A stretch of 64,000 nucleotides of DNA from assembly GCA_963727485.1 (NCBI GenBank), contig CAVSGM010000001.1, positions 1,120,001 through 1,184,000 of the forward strand. Reading direction: 5' to 3'. The notes under the pieces are model-generated. The model was not told the DNA's origin and did not search any database. It saw nothing but the letters and a program-made list of their open reading frames with translations. Origin of the DNA: an uncultured delta proteobacterium (GTDB taxonomy: Bacteria > Myxococcota > Myxococcia > SLRQ01). The position numbers and the translations under genes are program-made. Of the stretch, positions 28,410 to 38,594 are shown piece by piece (within the stretch, counting starts at the first letter, position 1; the number at the start of each line of letters is the position of its first letter).

Positions 28410-30461
28410 GTGGCCCTCCTGGCGGCGGGCCTGGCCCTGGTGCTGGTCGCCGCCTGTGGCCCGGGGAAGACCGGCTCCGGCGCCGACGGCGGGACCGACG
28501 GCGGCCCCACCTGCCAGTGGGACGACTCCAGCGGCCCCTCGAGCTCGGTTCCCCTGACCCTGGGCCAGGCGACCACCGGCTGGATCTGCCCGGTGCAGGA
28601 CGTCGACTGGTACAGCTTCGACACCGGCGCCAGCGACCACCTGGTGCGGGTGCAGCTCGCCATGGACGGCCCGCTCTCGCCGGTGCAGCCGACCTACACC
28701 ATCACCCAGAAGAAGGCCGATGGCACCACCGGGAAGGTCACCGCCACGCCCCCGGCCGCCGAGGTGGGCGGGGCCCTGGACATGGTCAGCTGCATGGCCC
28801 CGGGCAGCTACTACATCGACGTCCGGGACCAGAACGACGACGGCGAGGACTTCCGCCACCCCTACAGCCTCACGGTGACCAGCTCCCCCGACCCCGACCC
28901 CGCCGAGCCCAACGACGACGCCGCCAGCGCCACCGCGCTGACCAGCGGGACCCCGGCCACCGGCTACATCGCCTGCCGCGGGGACCAGGACTGGTACCGC
29001 ATCCAGGTCGGATCCGGCCAGCTCCTCCGGGTGCACCTGACCTCCGACAAGGCGAACTACCAGCCCACCGTCGCCATCGTCGATGCGGGCGGGTCTACGC
29101 TCCTCACCCTCACCAACCCTGCCGGGGCGGTGAAGGCCACCGACCTCACGCGCCTGGTCGCGGTGCCCTCCGCCGGCGCCTGGTACCTGGCGGTGCAGGA
29201 CGACGACGGGATGAACGCCGATCCCACCGTCGCCTACACCCTCACCGCCAGCACCCTCACCCAGAAGGACCCCAACGAGCCCAACGACAGCCCCTCCCAG
29301 GCCACGGCCCTCTCGCCGGTGTCCTGCGGGACGAGCTGGTCCAGCTGGCAGACCCTCAAGGGGACCTTTGCCACCATCGGCGACCAGGACTGGTTCCGCC
29401 TGCCCATCTCCGGCTGCAACAACGGGCTCCTCGAGGCCACGGTCACCATGGACACCTCGGGGATGAGCGCCCAGCAGCAGTGGGACCTCCAGTCGCAGGT
29501 CCAGGCGTCGGTGGCCCTCATCCGCCCCCACCTGGCCAGCGCCTGCTCCAAGGACACGGACTGCCAGGAGCTCCAGCAGCCCTGCCAGAGCGGCTGGGAC
29601 TGTGCCGGCTACTTCAACCAGTGCCAGCCCGACGGCCTCTGCGCCGGCTCGGGCACCTGCCTCGCCGAGAGCGTCTGCGGCGCCACCGAGGCGGCGAGGG
29701 AGTACTCGGTGCTCCCGGTGCCCAGCCCGGTGAACCAGTCGCCGCCCCCGGACACCAGCACCGTGTCGGCCCCGCTCTTCGGCGGCGGCTACGTCTACCT
29801 CCGGGTGAGCGACTTCCAGGCCAACGGGTCGGCGCCGGACACCTTCTACACGCTCAAGGTCCGGGTCCGGAAGGATCCCGACGGCCACGAGCCCTCGAAC
29901 GTGTACACCCCGACCATCCGCCCCAATGACCCCACCGGGCCCCAGAAGACGGCGGCGCTGAACAACATCGTCCCGGTCCACGACTGCGCCAACGGCGACT
30001 GCTGCGACGCGACCAAGTGGGTCACCGGCTCGCTGGGGTACGAGATGGACCAGGACTGGTACGCCTACCAGCACCCCTGCCCGGGCGCCGACTGCATGGT
30101 GAAGGTCCTCTACCAGCTCGACCCGGGGCCGGTGGACTTCCTCATCACCACCTGGGACGAGAGCGGCCAGTGGTTCGGCAACCTGGCCAACATCACCGAG
30201 AAGCCCAGCCAGAGTGCGATCTCCGGGTCCTACGGTGGGACCCAGGCGACGGACAAGTGCTACTACGCCTGGCAGGGCCACACCGGCTCGCCCTACTACT
30301 ACTTCGTCTCCGTTCGTGACTACGCCGACGTGCACGACTGGGACCCGGACCAGAAGTATCGCTTCTGCGTGGAGAAGGTGGCAGATGGCTGCAGCGACCC
30401 GTGCCAGCTCTACTCGAACGGCTGTGGGTGCAAGCTCTCCGATCCGGCTTGCAAGCATTAG
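28410..30461 (+). CDS. Cys-rich lipoprotein with PPC-like/EPND repeats (MtsF-like)
   Basis: Lipobox LVAA-C; repeated D..EPND...AT.L...G.I...D.DWY modules. Start uncertain (may be near 28390). Confidence 0.8.
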   Translation: MALLAAGLALVLVAACGPGKTGSGADGGTDGGPTCQWDDSSGPSSSVPLTLGQATTGWICPVQDVDWYSFDTGASDHLVRVQLAMDGPLSPVQPTYTITQKKADGTTGKVTATPPAAEVGGALDMVSCMAPGSYYIDVRDQNDDGEDFRHPYSLTVTSSPDPDPAEPNDDAASATALTSGTPATGYIACRGDQDWYRIQVGSGQLLRVHLTSDKANYQPTVAIVDAGGSTLLTLTNPAGAVKATDLTRLVAVPSAGAWYLAVQDDDGMNADPTVAYTLTASTLTQKDPNEPNDSPSQATALSPVSCGTSWSSWQTLKGTFATIGDQDWFRLPISGCNNGLLEATVTMDTSGMSAQQQWDLQSQVQASVALIRPHLASACSKDTDCQELQQPCQSGWDCAGYFNQCQPDGLCAGSGTCLAESVCGATEAAREYSVLPVPSPVNQSPPPDTSTVSAPLFGGGYVYLRVSDFQANGSAPDTFYTLKVRVRKDPDGHEPSNVYTPTIRPNDPTGPQKTAALNNIVPVHDCANGDCCDATKWVTGSLGYEMDQDWYAYQHPCPGADCMVKVLYQLDPGPVDFLITTWDESGQWFGNLANITEKPSQSAISGSYGGTQATDKCYYAWQGHTGSPYYYFVSVRDYADVHDWDPDQKYRFCVEKVADGCSDPCQLYSNGCGCKLSDPACKH

Positions 30462-31836
30462 CCTCTGTTTCGTCCTCGCCGCCTGCTCGGGGCAGAAGAA
30501 CCCGCCGCCGCTGGGAGGCGACGGGGGCACCCGCCACGACGGGGGCACGCCCACCAACCCCTGGACCACGAGCATCGTGGACACCGGCGGGGTGGGGCTG
30601 GGGCTCCAGGCGGCGGTGAGCAGCGGCGGCAAGGTGGCCGCGGCGTACTGGGTCACCCAGGGCGTCACCAGCGGGCAGTGTCCCTACACCCCGCCGGAGG
30701 ACAAGATCGTCTGGGACCTGAAGTACGCCACCCGGGGGTCGAACGGCGACTGGAAGGTGGAGACGGTGGGGACCCTCCCGGTGGTGGGCCAGCCCCGGGG
30801 CCTGTCGCTGGGCTTCGGCGCCGACGGGGTGCCCCGGCTGGCGGCGACCGGCGGGCCGGTGGAGCCGCCGGGGCCGGACGCCTACTGCGGGAGCAACGAC
30901 GCCGACCTCTACACCCGCACCGGCGCCGGGACCTGGTCCGACGAGACCGCGGCGGCCACCAGCACCGACGCGGTGGTGCCCCCGCCCGGAGACCCGAGCT
31001 ACGACGTGGGCCCGGTCGTCGGCGACTGGCCGGCGCTCGCCTTCGACAGCAAGGGCGAGCCCGCCATCGCCTACCGGGACGTCCACTTCGGCGGGATCCA
31101 GAGCATCGACAACAAGCGCTCGGACCTCGAGCTCGCCTGGAAGCGCGGCGGCGGCTGGACCGACCTCCCGGTGGACATGGGCCGGGGCGCCGGCCTGTTC
31201 ATGAGCCTGGCCTTCGACACCAGCGACCGGCCGGTCATCGGCTACCAGGTCCAGTACCAGACGGCGACCGGGCCCAAGGCCGGGGTCTTCGCCGCCCGCT
31301 CGGACGCCCAGGGCCAGAACTTCCAGACGGTGCAGCTCTCCACCGCCACCGAGGAGGCCGACCCCTCGGTGGCGGTGAGCCCCAGCGACGGCTCGGTGTG
31401 GGTCGCCTGGTACGACGCCGGAGACGGCTTCGCCCACCTGGGCCAGCTCACCGACCCCACCCAGTTCGCCGACGTGGCCAAGGGCTGGGCCCTCCAGCGC
31501 CTCGGCGACAAGCGCTACGACGAGGGCGAGCACCCGTCCCTGGCCTTCGCCCCCGACGGCCGGGTGGCGCTCGCCTGGTACCGCTGCACCCTGGCCACCG
31601 GCGGCATCGGGAACTGCAACACCAACGACGACGGCGTGGTCTTCGCCTGGAACGACGGCACCTCCTGGCACGAGGAGATGGTCGACGCCGGCGGTGACGG
31701 GAACTGCGGGATGAGCCCCTCGCTGGTGTTCACCCCCGACGGCCACGCGGTCATCGTCTACCAGTGCTCGGTGCGGACCGGGCCCTCCACCTTCGACCTC
31801 CAGGTCTTCGCCGCCGAGCGGGAGCCTCTGCCATGA
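30424..31836 (+). CDS. Beta-propeller-like lipoprotein
   Basis: Lipobox VLAA-C; repeats G..PSLAF..DG...IAY; start approximate. Confidence 0.75.
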   Translation: MGASSPIRLASISLCFVLAACSGQKNPPPLGGDGGTRHDGGTPTNPWTTSIVDTGGVGLGLQAAVSSGGKVAAAYWVTQGVTSGQCPYTPPEDKIVWDLKYATRGSNGDWKVETVGTLPVVGQPRGLSLGFGADGVPRLAATGGPVEPPGPDAYCGSNDADLYTRTGAGTWSDETAAATSTDAVVPPPGDPSYDVGPVVGDWPALAFDSKGEPAIAYRDVHFGGIQSIDNKRSDLELAWKRGGGWTDLPVDMGRGAGLFMSLAFDTSDRPVIGYQVQYQTATGPKAGVFAARSDAQGQNFQTVQLSTATEEADPSVAVSPSDGSVWVAWYDAGDGFAHLGQLTDPTQFADVAKGWALQRLGDKRYDEGEHPSLAFAPDGRVALAWYRCTLATGGIGNCNTNDDGVVFAWNDGTSWHEEMVDAGGDGNCGMSPSLVFTPDGHAVIVYQCSVRTGPSTFDLQVFAAEREPLP

Positions 31837-32279
31837 CCGCCCTCAAGCGCCTCGTCGTCCCCGCCCTCCTGGTCCTCGCCCTGGCCGGCTGCGGCCCCAG
31901 CGGCCCCATCCTCGAGGGGAGCCTGGGTCAGTACTACGACCTGGGCTTCCAGAAGACCGAGGCGGCGCTCTTCTCCAGCGAGCTGGCCATCGAGTACATC
32001 TCCAAGAGCAACGAGAAGATCGCCATCGTCACCGTGCGCACCACCGACGCCAACCTCGACGGGCCGGCGACGGTGGACCTGGCCAAGTACGGGGACGTGA
32101 CCGGGAGCTCGGCGGGGCAGGCGATGCCCGCCCTCGACACCGGCACCCTGATCCTCCGCAGCTACCAGCCCAAGGCCGGGGCCAAGGTGACCGGCGAGTT
32201 CAACGCCCAGCTCAAGGGCAGCCAGGGCGACGTGTCCCTCCACGGGACCTTCGACACCACGCTTCTCGACCAGCGCTGA
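31833..32279 (+). CDS. Small lipoprotein
   Basis: ATGA overlap; MTALKRLVVPALLVLALAG-C. Confidence 0.8.
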   Translation: MTALKRLVVPALLVLALAGCGPSGPILEGSLGQYYDLGFQKTEAALFSSELAIEYISKSNEKIAIVTVRTTDANLDGPATVDLAKYGDVTGSSAGQAMPALDTGTLILRSYQPKAGAKVTGEFNAQLKGSQGDVSLHGTFDTTLLDQR

Positions 32280-32313
32280 ACCGGCCGGGGCATCGGCTCT
32301 ATACTCGGGGTCG

Positions 32314-33915
32314 ATGTCGACCCCGGCCCCAGGCGCCGCCCGGATCGGGCGGTACCAGCTCCTCGAGCGCATCCCCGGTGGGGGGATGACGGAGGTCTGG
32401 CGCGCCCGGGTCGCGGGGGCCAGCGGTCCCGAGCGGCCCCTGGTGATCAAGCGCCTGCTGCGCTCCATGGCCGGGGACGCCCGGGCGGAGGCGCGCTTCA
32501 TCGAGGAGGTGAAGATCGCCCTGGCCCTGGCCCACGGGAACATCGTCAGCACCTTCGAGGCCGGCCGGGACGCCGACGGGCAGCCGTTCCTGGTCATGGA
32601 GTACGTCCCCGGGCACGCCCTGCGGACGCTCCTCGCCACCGGGCCCCTGGGGCCGGAGCTGGCCCTCTTCGTGGCCCGCGAGGTGGCCCGGGCCCTGCGC
32701 TACACCCACACCTTCGTGGACCCCCTCGAGGGCCCCACGCCCATCGCCCACCTCGACGTGAGCCCGGAGAACGTCCTCCTCTCCCACGCCGGGCAGGTGA
32801 AGCTCACCGACTTCGGGATCGCCCGGGCGGTGGGGTCCATCTCCGGCCACGACGGGCCCTACGGCAAGGCGCCCTACGCCGCCCCGGAGCTGGTGGAGGG
32901 CGACCCGGGGGGCCCTCCCGCCGACGTCTACGGGCTGGGCTGCGTCCTCTACGAGATGCTCACGGGCCGGCCGCCCCACGTGGGCGCCGACGACGCCGAG
33001 ACCCTGCGCCTCGCCCGGGGCGGGCCGCCGCCGGCGCCGTCGTCCATGGGGGTGCCGGTGGGGCCCTCGGTGGACGCCCTGGTGCTGACCATGGTCGCCC
33101 GGGAGAAGGCCGACCGGTACCGGGACGCCGGGGAGGTGGAGCGGGCCCTCTCGACCATCCTCGGCCGCAGCGAGCGGCCCCTCACCGAGACCGAGCTCGC
33201 CGAGGTGATGCGCGAGCGGGGCCTCGAGGCGCGGCGACAGGGGGGCGCGAGCAGCCGGCTCCGCGACCAGCTCTCGGCGGCGGGGCACGACCTCGCCGGC
33301 CACGAGACCACCGGGCAGCTCCTGGCCCTGGGGACCGTGCCCCTCGGCGGCGGGGACGGGGCGGCGGCCCCGGCGGGCGCGGCGGCGACCGGCGAGGCGG
33401 CGGTCCCGGCGGCGACGGGCGAGGCGCACCCGCCCCGGCGCCGGGGCCTGTGGCTGGGCCTGGGCGCGGTCCTGCTCCTCACCGGGGGCGGCGCGGCGAT
33501 CTGGGCGGCGACCGCCGGGCACAGGGCGCCGGACCCCGCCAAGGTGGCGACCCCGGAGCCCACCCCCACGCGGCCGGCGACGCATCCGACGCCCCGGCCC
33601 CCGGCCACGCCCCCGAAGGCCGTGGCGCCCGCGGCCCCCGCCAAGCGGCCCCCTCGGCGTCATGTCCGCCACCTCCGCCGGCACCGGGCCGTGCCCCGGG
33701 CCCCGGCGGTGCTCCAAATCAACGCCTACCCCTACGCCAACGTGCGCCTCGACGGACGCAAGTCTCTCGGGACCACGCCCCTGCGCGGGGTCGAGGTGCC
33801 CCCGGGGCGCCACGTCCTGGAGCTGACGAACCCCGAGCTGAAGCTCAGGCGCACGGTGCACCTCGACCTGAAGCCCGGGCAGCACCAGACCGTCGGCGTC
33901 CGCCTCGATCGCTGA
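32314..33915 (+). CDS. Membrane Ser/Thr protein kinase with C-terminal PEGA domain
   Basis: GRYQLL, GGGMTEVW, VIKRL, HLDVSPEN, DFG, YAAPE; TM helix; PEGA (PYANVRLDG...GTTPL....PPGRHVLEL.NP). Confidence 0.9.
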   Translation: MSTPAPGAARIGRYQLLERIPGGGMTEVWRARVAGASGPERPLVIKRLLRSMAGDARAEARFIEEVKIALALAHGNIVSTFEAGRDADGQPFLVMEYVPGHALRTLLATGPLGPELALFVAREVARALRYTHTFVDPLEGPTPIAHLDVSPENVLLSHAGQVKLTDFGIARAVGSISGHDGPYGKAPYAAPELVEGDPGGPPADVYGLGCVLYEMLTGRPPHVGADDAETLRLARGGPPPAPSSMGVPVGPSVDALVLTMVAREKADRYRDAGEVERALSTILGRSERPLTETELAEVMRERGLEARRQGGASSRLRDQLSAAGHDLAGHETTGQLLALGTVPLGGGDGAAAPAGAAATGEAAVPAATGEAHPPRRRGLWLGLGAVLLLTGGGAAIWAATAGHRAPDPAKVATPEPTPTRPATHPTPRPPATPPKAVAPAAPAKRPPRRHVRHLRRHRAVPRAPAVLQINAYPYANVRLDGRKSLGTTPLRGVEVPPGRHVLELTNPELKLRRTVHLDLKPGQHQTVGVRLDR

Positions 33916-33969
33916 TCCCCCCCGCGGTATGATGCCCGCGGCCGCGCCGCCGCGGCTCCGGGGCTGGTC

Positions 33970-34599
33970 ATGAACCGTCGCGTCTTCCTCAAGCAGAGCG
34001 CCCGCTGGGCCGTCCGCCTGGCGGCGGTGGGTGTGGCGCTCCCGGCCCTCGACGGCTGCCACCACCCTGAAGGCAAGGCCGCCGACGCCGGCGCGCCCGG
34101 CCACCGCCCCTCCCAGGCCGGCGGCGGCGCCTCCCGGGCCGACGGCGGCGCCTCCAAGCCCGCGGTCCTCGGGGCCGCCGAGGCCCTCGCCCTGGAGGCG
34201 ATGCTCGAGCGCCTCCTGCCCGCGAACGTCCCCAAGGGGACGCCTGGGGCCAAGCAGGCCCACGTGCTGCGCTACCTCGAGGGCCAGCTCCAGGAGCCCT
34301 ACTTCCACGGCTTCCGGCGCCTGATCGGCACCGGCGCCCGGTACCTCGACCTGGTGGCCCGCAAGGAGCACCACCTGCCCTTCGCCCGGCTCACCCCGGC
34401 GCAGCAGGACGACCAGCTCCGGAGGTTCCAGACCGGCCGCATCCCCATCCGCTTCCCCCTGGCCCGGTTCTTCGACTCGGTGCGGGTCTTCGCCCTCGAG
34501 GGCTTCCTTGGCGATCCCAAGTACGGCGGCAACGCCGGGGGCATCGTCTGGACCTCCATCGACTTCGACCCCGACCTCTGCGGGGTCGCCAAGCCGTGA
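33970..34599 (+). CDS. Gluconate 2-dehydrogenase subunit 3 family protein with Tat signal
   Basis: NRRVFLK twin-Arg; ERLLP...PGA...V..YLE; EGFLGDPKYGGN motif. Confidence 0.88.
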   Translation: MNRRVFLKQSARWAVRLAAVGVALPALDGCHHPEGKAADAGAPGHRPSQAGGGASRADGGASKPAVLGAAEALALEAMLERLLPANVPKGTPGAKQAHVLRYLEGQLQEPYFHGFRRLIGTGARYLDLVARKEHHLPFARLTPAQQDDQLRRFQTGRIPIRFPLARFFDSVRVFALEGFLGDPKYGGNAGGIVWTSIDFDPDLCGVAKP

Positions 34600-36260
34600 T
34601 CTCCTACGCCGGTCAACAGGTCGACGTCTGCATCGTCGGCAGCGGCGCCGGGGGCGGACCCATGGCCTACGCCCTGGCCAAGGCGGGGGCCCGGGTGGTG
34701 GTCCTGGAGAAGGGCCCCTGGTACACGGCCAAGGACTTCTCCCACGACGAGATCGCCACCTGCCGGCGGAACATGTGGGTGCCCTTCGTCTCCGAGGAGC
34801 CGCACCTCCTCCAGACCCCGGGCCACCCCCGCCCCCGGCCCACCAGCGACGGCTGGATCGCCAACTGCGTCGGCGGGGGCACGGTGCACATGAGCGGCTT
34901 CTTCTACCGGCTGCACCCGGTCGACTTCCGGATGCACAGCCGCTACGGGAAGATCGCCGGCGCCGACCACGCCGACTGGCCGCTGACCTACGACGACCTC
35001 GCCCCCTGGTACGACCTGGTGGAGAGGGAGCTCGGGGTCTCGGGCCAGGCCGGCGCCAACCCCTTCGAGCCCAAGCGCAAGGGCCCGTACCCCCTGCCGC
35101 CGGTGCGCCACAACGCCCTCGCCGCCCTGGTGGACCAAGGGGGCAAGCGCCTCGGCCTGAACCCCTTCCCCACGCCCCGGGCGGTGCTCTCACGGCCCTA
35201 CAAGGGACGGGCGCCGTGCATGTACTGCGGCTTCTGCGGGAGCTACGGCTGCGAGGTCGACGCCAAGTCCAGCACCCTGGCCGCCCTCATCCCCCGGGCG
35301 GTGGCCACCGGTCACTGCGAGGTGCGCCCCCATGCGATGGCCTTCGAGGTCTCGGTGGGCAAGGACGGGAAGGTCGACGGCGTCCACTACTACGACGAGG
35401 CGGGCCGGGCGCAGGTGCAGCCGGCCCGGTACGTGGTGGTCTCGGCCACCTCGGTGGAGTCGGCGCGGCTGCTCCTCAACTCCAAGTCCGGGCGCTTCCC
35501 CAAGGGCCTCGCCAACGGGAGCGGCCTGGTGGGCCGGCACCTGACCTTCTCCACCCTGGGCAAGGGCTGGGGCGACTTCGAGCGGGCGAAGCTCCCCAAG
35601 AAGCTGCAGGCCACCGACCCGGTGAGCTTCCTCGGCCGCACCATCCAGGACCACTACTTCCTGAAGGAGGCGAAGGGCGGCTACGACAAGGGCGGCACCC
35701 TCAACTACCTGGTGCCCCACCGCAACGCCATCTTCACCGCCGAGCGCCTGGCCAAGCGCACCCAGCCGCCGATGTGGGGGGCGCCGCTCAAGGACGCGCT
35801 CTACCACTACTATCGCGACATCCACGAGCTCGAGTTCGAGGTCTTCGCCGAGTTCCTCCCGAACCCCGGCACCTACGTGGACGTGGGCGGAGAGGTGAAG
35901 GACCGCCACGGGATCCCGGTGGCGACGATCCACGTGGACCAGCACCCCCTCTCGGTGAAGCACGTGGGCCAGGTGGTGCGCCACGGCCTCGAGGTGTTCA
36001 AGGCCGCCGGGGCGGTGAAGACCGGGGTCGAGGTGGCGGCCGGGACCACCTACGTGCTCCAGCACGGGACCTGCCGCTTCGGGAAGGACCCGGCGACCAG
36101 CGTCCTCGACGAGAACTGCCGGGCCCACGAGGTGGACAACCTCTACGTCGTCGACGGGAGCTTCATGCCCACCTCCGGCGGGGTGCCCACGACCCTGACC
36201 ATCATGGCCAACGCCTTCCGGGTGGGGCACCACCTGGCCGGTCGCCTGAAGCACGGGTGA
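34596..36260 (+). CDS. GMC-family FAD oxidoreductase (gluconate dehydrogenase flavoprotein-like)
   Basis: IVGSGAGG FAD motif; VGGGTVH; CMYCGFCGSYGC; HGTCRFGKDP..SVLD; NLYVVDGSFMPT. Confidence 0.92.
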   Translation: MISYAGQQVDVCIVGSGAGGGPMAYALAKAGARVVVLEKGPWYTAKDFSHDEIATCRRNMWVPFVSEEPHLLQTPGHPRPRPTSDGWIANCVGGGTVHMSGFFYRLHPVDFRMHSRYGKIAGADHADWPLTYDDLAPWYDLVERELGVSGQAGANPFEPKRKGPYPLPPVRHNALAALVDQGGKRLGLNPFPTPRAVLSRPYKGRAPCMYCGFCGSYGCEVDAKSSTLAALIPRAVATGHCEVRPHAMAFEVSVGKDGKVDGVHYYDEAGRAQVQPARYVVVSATSVESARLLLNSKSGRFPKGLANGSGLVGRHLTFSTLGKGWGDFERAKLPKKLQATDPVSFLGRTIQDHYFLKEAKGGYDKGGTLNYLVPHRNAIFTAERLAKRTQPPMWGAPLKDALYHYYRDIHELEFEVFAEFLPNPGTYVDVGGEVKDRHGIPVATIHVDQHPLSVKHVGQVVRHGLEVFKAAGAVKTGVEVAAGTTYVLQHGTCRFGKDPATSVLDENCRAHEVDNLYVVDGSFMPTSGGVPTTLTIMANAFRVGHHLAGRLKHG

Positions 36261-38569
36261 GCGAGACGGGCGAGGCGACGCCGGCGACCCGGCGCCGGCA
36301 GTGGGTGCCCACGGCGGTGGCGACGGGGGTCGCCGCCTCGGCGCTGGTCTTCTGGTGCCTGGGGGCGCCGCGGCCGGTGGTCACCCGCCTGGACACCGTG
36401 GCGCCCCGGCGCCTCACCAACGCCACCTCCTTCCCGGTGCGCATCGAGGGGCGCCGCCTGACGCGGGGGATGCGCCTGCGCCTCACGGGCCCCGAGACCC
36501 GGTCGCTCCCCACGGTCTTCCTCGATCGGCGGCACCTCGCCGCACGGATCCCCGCGGGCCTGAAGGCCGCGCCCCAGGCGGCGATGGCCATCTACGACGC
36601 GCGCCTGGTCGACGCCTCGGGCCAGGCGGTCCCCGGCGACCAGCGTCTCATCGTCATCAACGACGCGGGCTTCGTCAATCCCTACGACCTGGCCCTGGGA
36701 CCGGAGGGCCGGCGCCTCTTCGTGGCCTCGCCCACCACCGACGAGGTCCTGGTCGTCGACCGGGCGAGCGGGAAGGTCGAGGCGGTGCCGGTGTGCGACG
36801 GGCCGCGATCCCTGGCGCCCTGGGTGGACGCCTCGGGGGCGCCGCGGATGGTGGTCGCCTGCGTCCACACCCCGGCCCTGTGGATCCTCGACGCCCGGGC
36901 GCCGCTGATGTCGACGCCCCGGGAGGTGCCCGGGCCGAGGCGGGCCCAGGCGGTGCGCGTCCGGGGCCACCTCGCCTATGTGACCTCCGACCTCGACGAC
37001 GCGGTCCACGTCATCGACCTCGAGACCGGCCGCACGGTGCGCCGTCTCCCCGCCGGGGTCCACCCCCGGGCCCTGGCCTTCGCCGGCGACGGCCGGCGCC
37101 TCCTGGTGGGAAACCTCGGCTCCGACGACGTCACCAATCTCACCCTCGACGGCCCGGGGGCGCCCACCGCCATCGCCCCGGGCCCGGGGGTGCCCATCCT
37201 CGGCGGGCACACCGAGCCCTTCTCCGGCTACGTGATGGGCGGGAAGGCGCCCCGGGACCTGGTGGCGAGCGCGGCCCTCCACGTGGTCTTCGAGTCGAGC
37301 ATCGGCCCCAACGTGGGGCCGAACCCCAGGCGCATGGAGGTGAGCATGAACGGGGGCGTCGGCGTCCTCGACGCCGCCACCGGCCGGTTCCTGCGCCACG
37401 TGTCCATCCTCCACGGGGTCCCCGAGGGCCTCGCCCTCGACGACAGCCGGGGCCTCCTCTACGTCACCGACATCGCCCGGGGGCGCCTCCTGGTCCTCGA
37501 CGCCCGGGCGCTCGCCGATGGCGGCGCCGGGGCTCGCCGCGCCATCCTCGGGACGCTCCCGATCCCGGCGCCGAGGTGGATGCCCCTCATCCGGCCGAAG
37601 GCCGACTTCGGCACCACCGTGAACGCCGGCACCGAGGTGATGTCCGGGCCCCGGGTGGTGCGCCTCTCCGCCGACGGCCGCACCGCCTTCGTGCTCTCGC
37701 GCTTCGCCGGCACCGTCTCCGAGGTCGACGTCTCCTCGGCACGGGCCGGGCGCCTGGTGCTCCGGCGCCAGTACCCGCTCCCCGGCATGAACACCCAGCG
37801 CGAGCGCCGGGCCGGCGAGGTCGTCTACTTCACCGACCTCGGCGACACCCGGATGAGCTGCGACGCCTGCCACTACGAGGGCCGGGCCGAGGGGCTCCTG
37901 TTCACCAAGGGCCGGCCGATGCACCTCTACCGGGTCCCGAGCCTCCTGGGCATCGCCGACAGCCCACCCTACTTCACCCCGGCGATGTTCCCCTCGCTCT
38001 CCTACACCGCCAGGTTCGTCCTCGGCAGAAACCGCTTCCACCACCCCGACCCCCTGCGCCGGGAGGTCATGGCGCTCGCGCTCTACCAGCGGACCCTGGT
38101 GGCGCCGCCGAACCCCTACCTCGGCGCCGATGGGGCGCCGCCGGCGTCGATCCGCCTCCCGGACGGCGAGGTGGGCGACCCAAGGGCCGGGCGCCGGATC
38201 TTCGAGGGGACGGGCGGCTGCACCCACTGCCACCCGGCGCCGGCGTTCACCACCGATGACGTCGCCGCCACCCGGGGCCGCCTCTACGACGTGGGGACAC
38301 CCATCGCCCTGGGCCTCCGGCCGCGGATGCAGGACCTGAAGCGCTACCCGCTCCCGGCGCCGTCGCTCACCGGGGTCTGGGACGTCTTCCCCCTGCTCCA
38401 CAGCGGCGCCGGCGGGTTCTCGGTGGTCGGGGACACGGTGCGGGCGACGGCGCCGTTTGCCCTGCGCCGGGTGCTCCAGATGGCGGCCACGAGCGGGAAG
38501 CACGGGGACGTCGCCGGGCTCACGGCGAAGGAGCGCGACGATCTGCTGGCGTTCCTGATGACCCTCTAG
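36257..38569 (+). CDS. Membrane-anchored YVTN/YncE beta-propeller with two c-type heme motifs (MtsA-like)
   Basis: GTG overlapping the upstream TGA; N-terminal TM; IPT-like domain; YVT repeats; CDACH and CTHCH; C-terminal L...ERDDLLAFL..L. Confidence 0.82.
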   Translation: MSETGEATPATRRRQWVPTAVATGVAASALVFWCLGAPRPVVTRLDTVAPRRLTNATSFPVRIEGRRLTRGMRLRLTGPETRSLPTVFLDRRHLAARIPAGLKAAPQAAMAIYDARLVDASGQAVPGDQRLIVINDAGFVNPYDLALGPEGRRLFVASPTTDEVLVVDRASGKVEAVPVCDGPRSLAPWVDASGAPRMVVACVHTPALWILDARAPLMSTPREVPGPRRAQAVRVRGHLAYVTSDLDDAVHVIDLETGRTVRRLPAGVHPRALAFAGDGRRLLVGNLGSDDVTNLTLDGPGAPTAIAPGPGVPILGGHTEPFSGYVMGGKAPRDLVASAALHVVFESSIGPNVGPNPRRMEVSMNGGVGVLDAATGRFLRHVSILHGVPEGLALDDSRGLLYVTDIARGRLLVLDARALADGGAGARRAILGTLPIPAPRWMPLIRPKADFGTTVNAGTEVMSGPRVVRLSADGRTAFVLSRFAGTVSEVDVSSARAGRLVLRRQYPLPGMNTQRERRAGEVVYFTDLGDTRMSCDACHYEGRAEGLLFTKGRPMHLYRVPSLLGIADSPPYFTPAMFPSLSYTARFVLGRNRFHHPDPLRREVMALALYQRTLVAPPNPYLGADGAPPASIRLPDGEVGDPRAGRRIFEGTGGCTHCHPAPAFTTDDVAATRGRLYDVGTPIALGLRPRMQDLKRYPLPAPSLTGVWDVFPLLHSGAGGFSVVGDTVRATAPFALRRVLQMAATSGKHGDVAGLTAKERDDLLAFLMTL

Positions 38570-38594
38570 GCCCCGATGGGCTAGGGTGCGTGAC

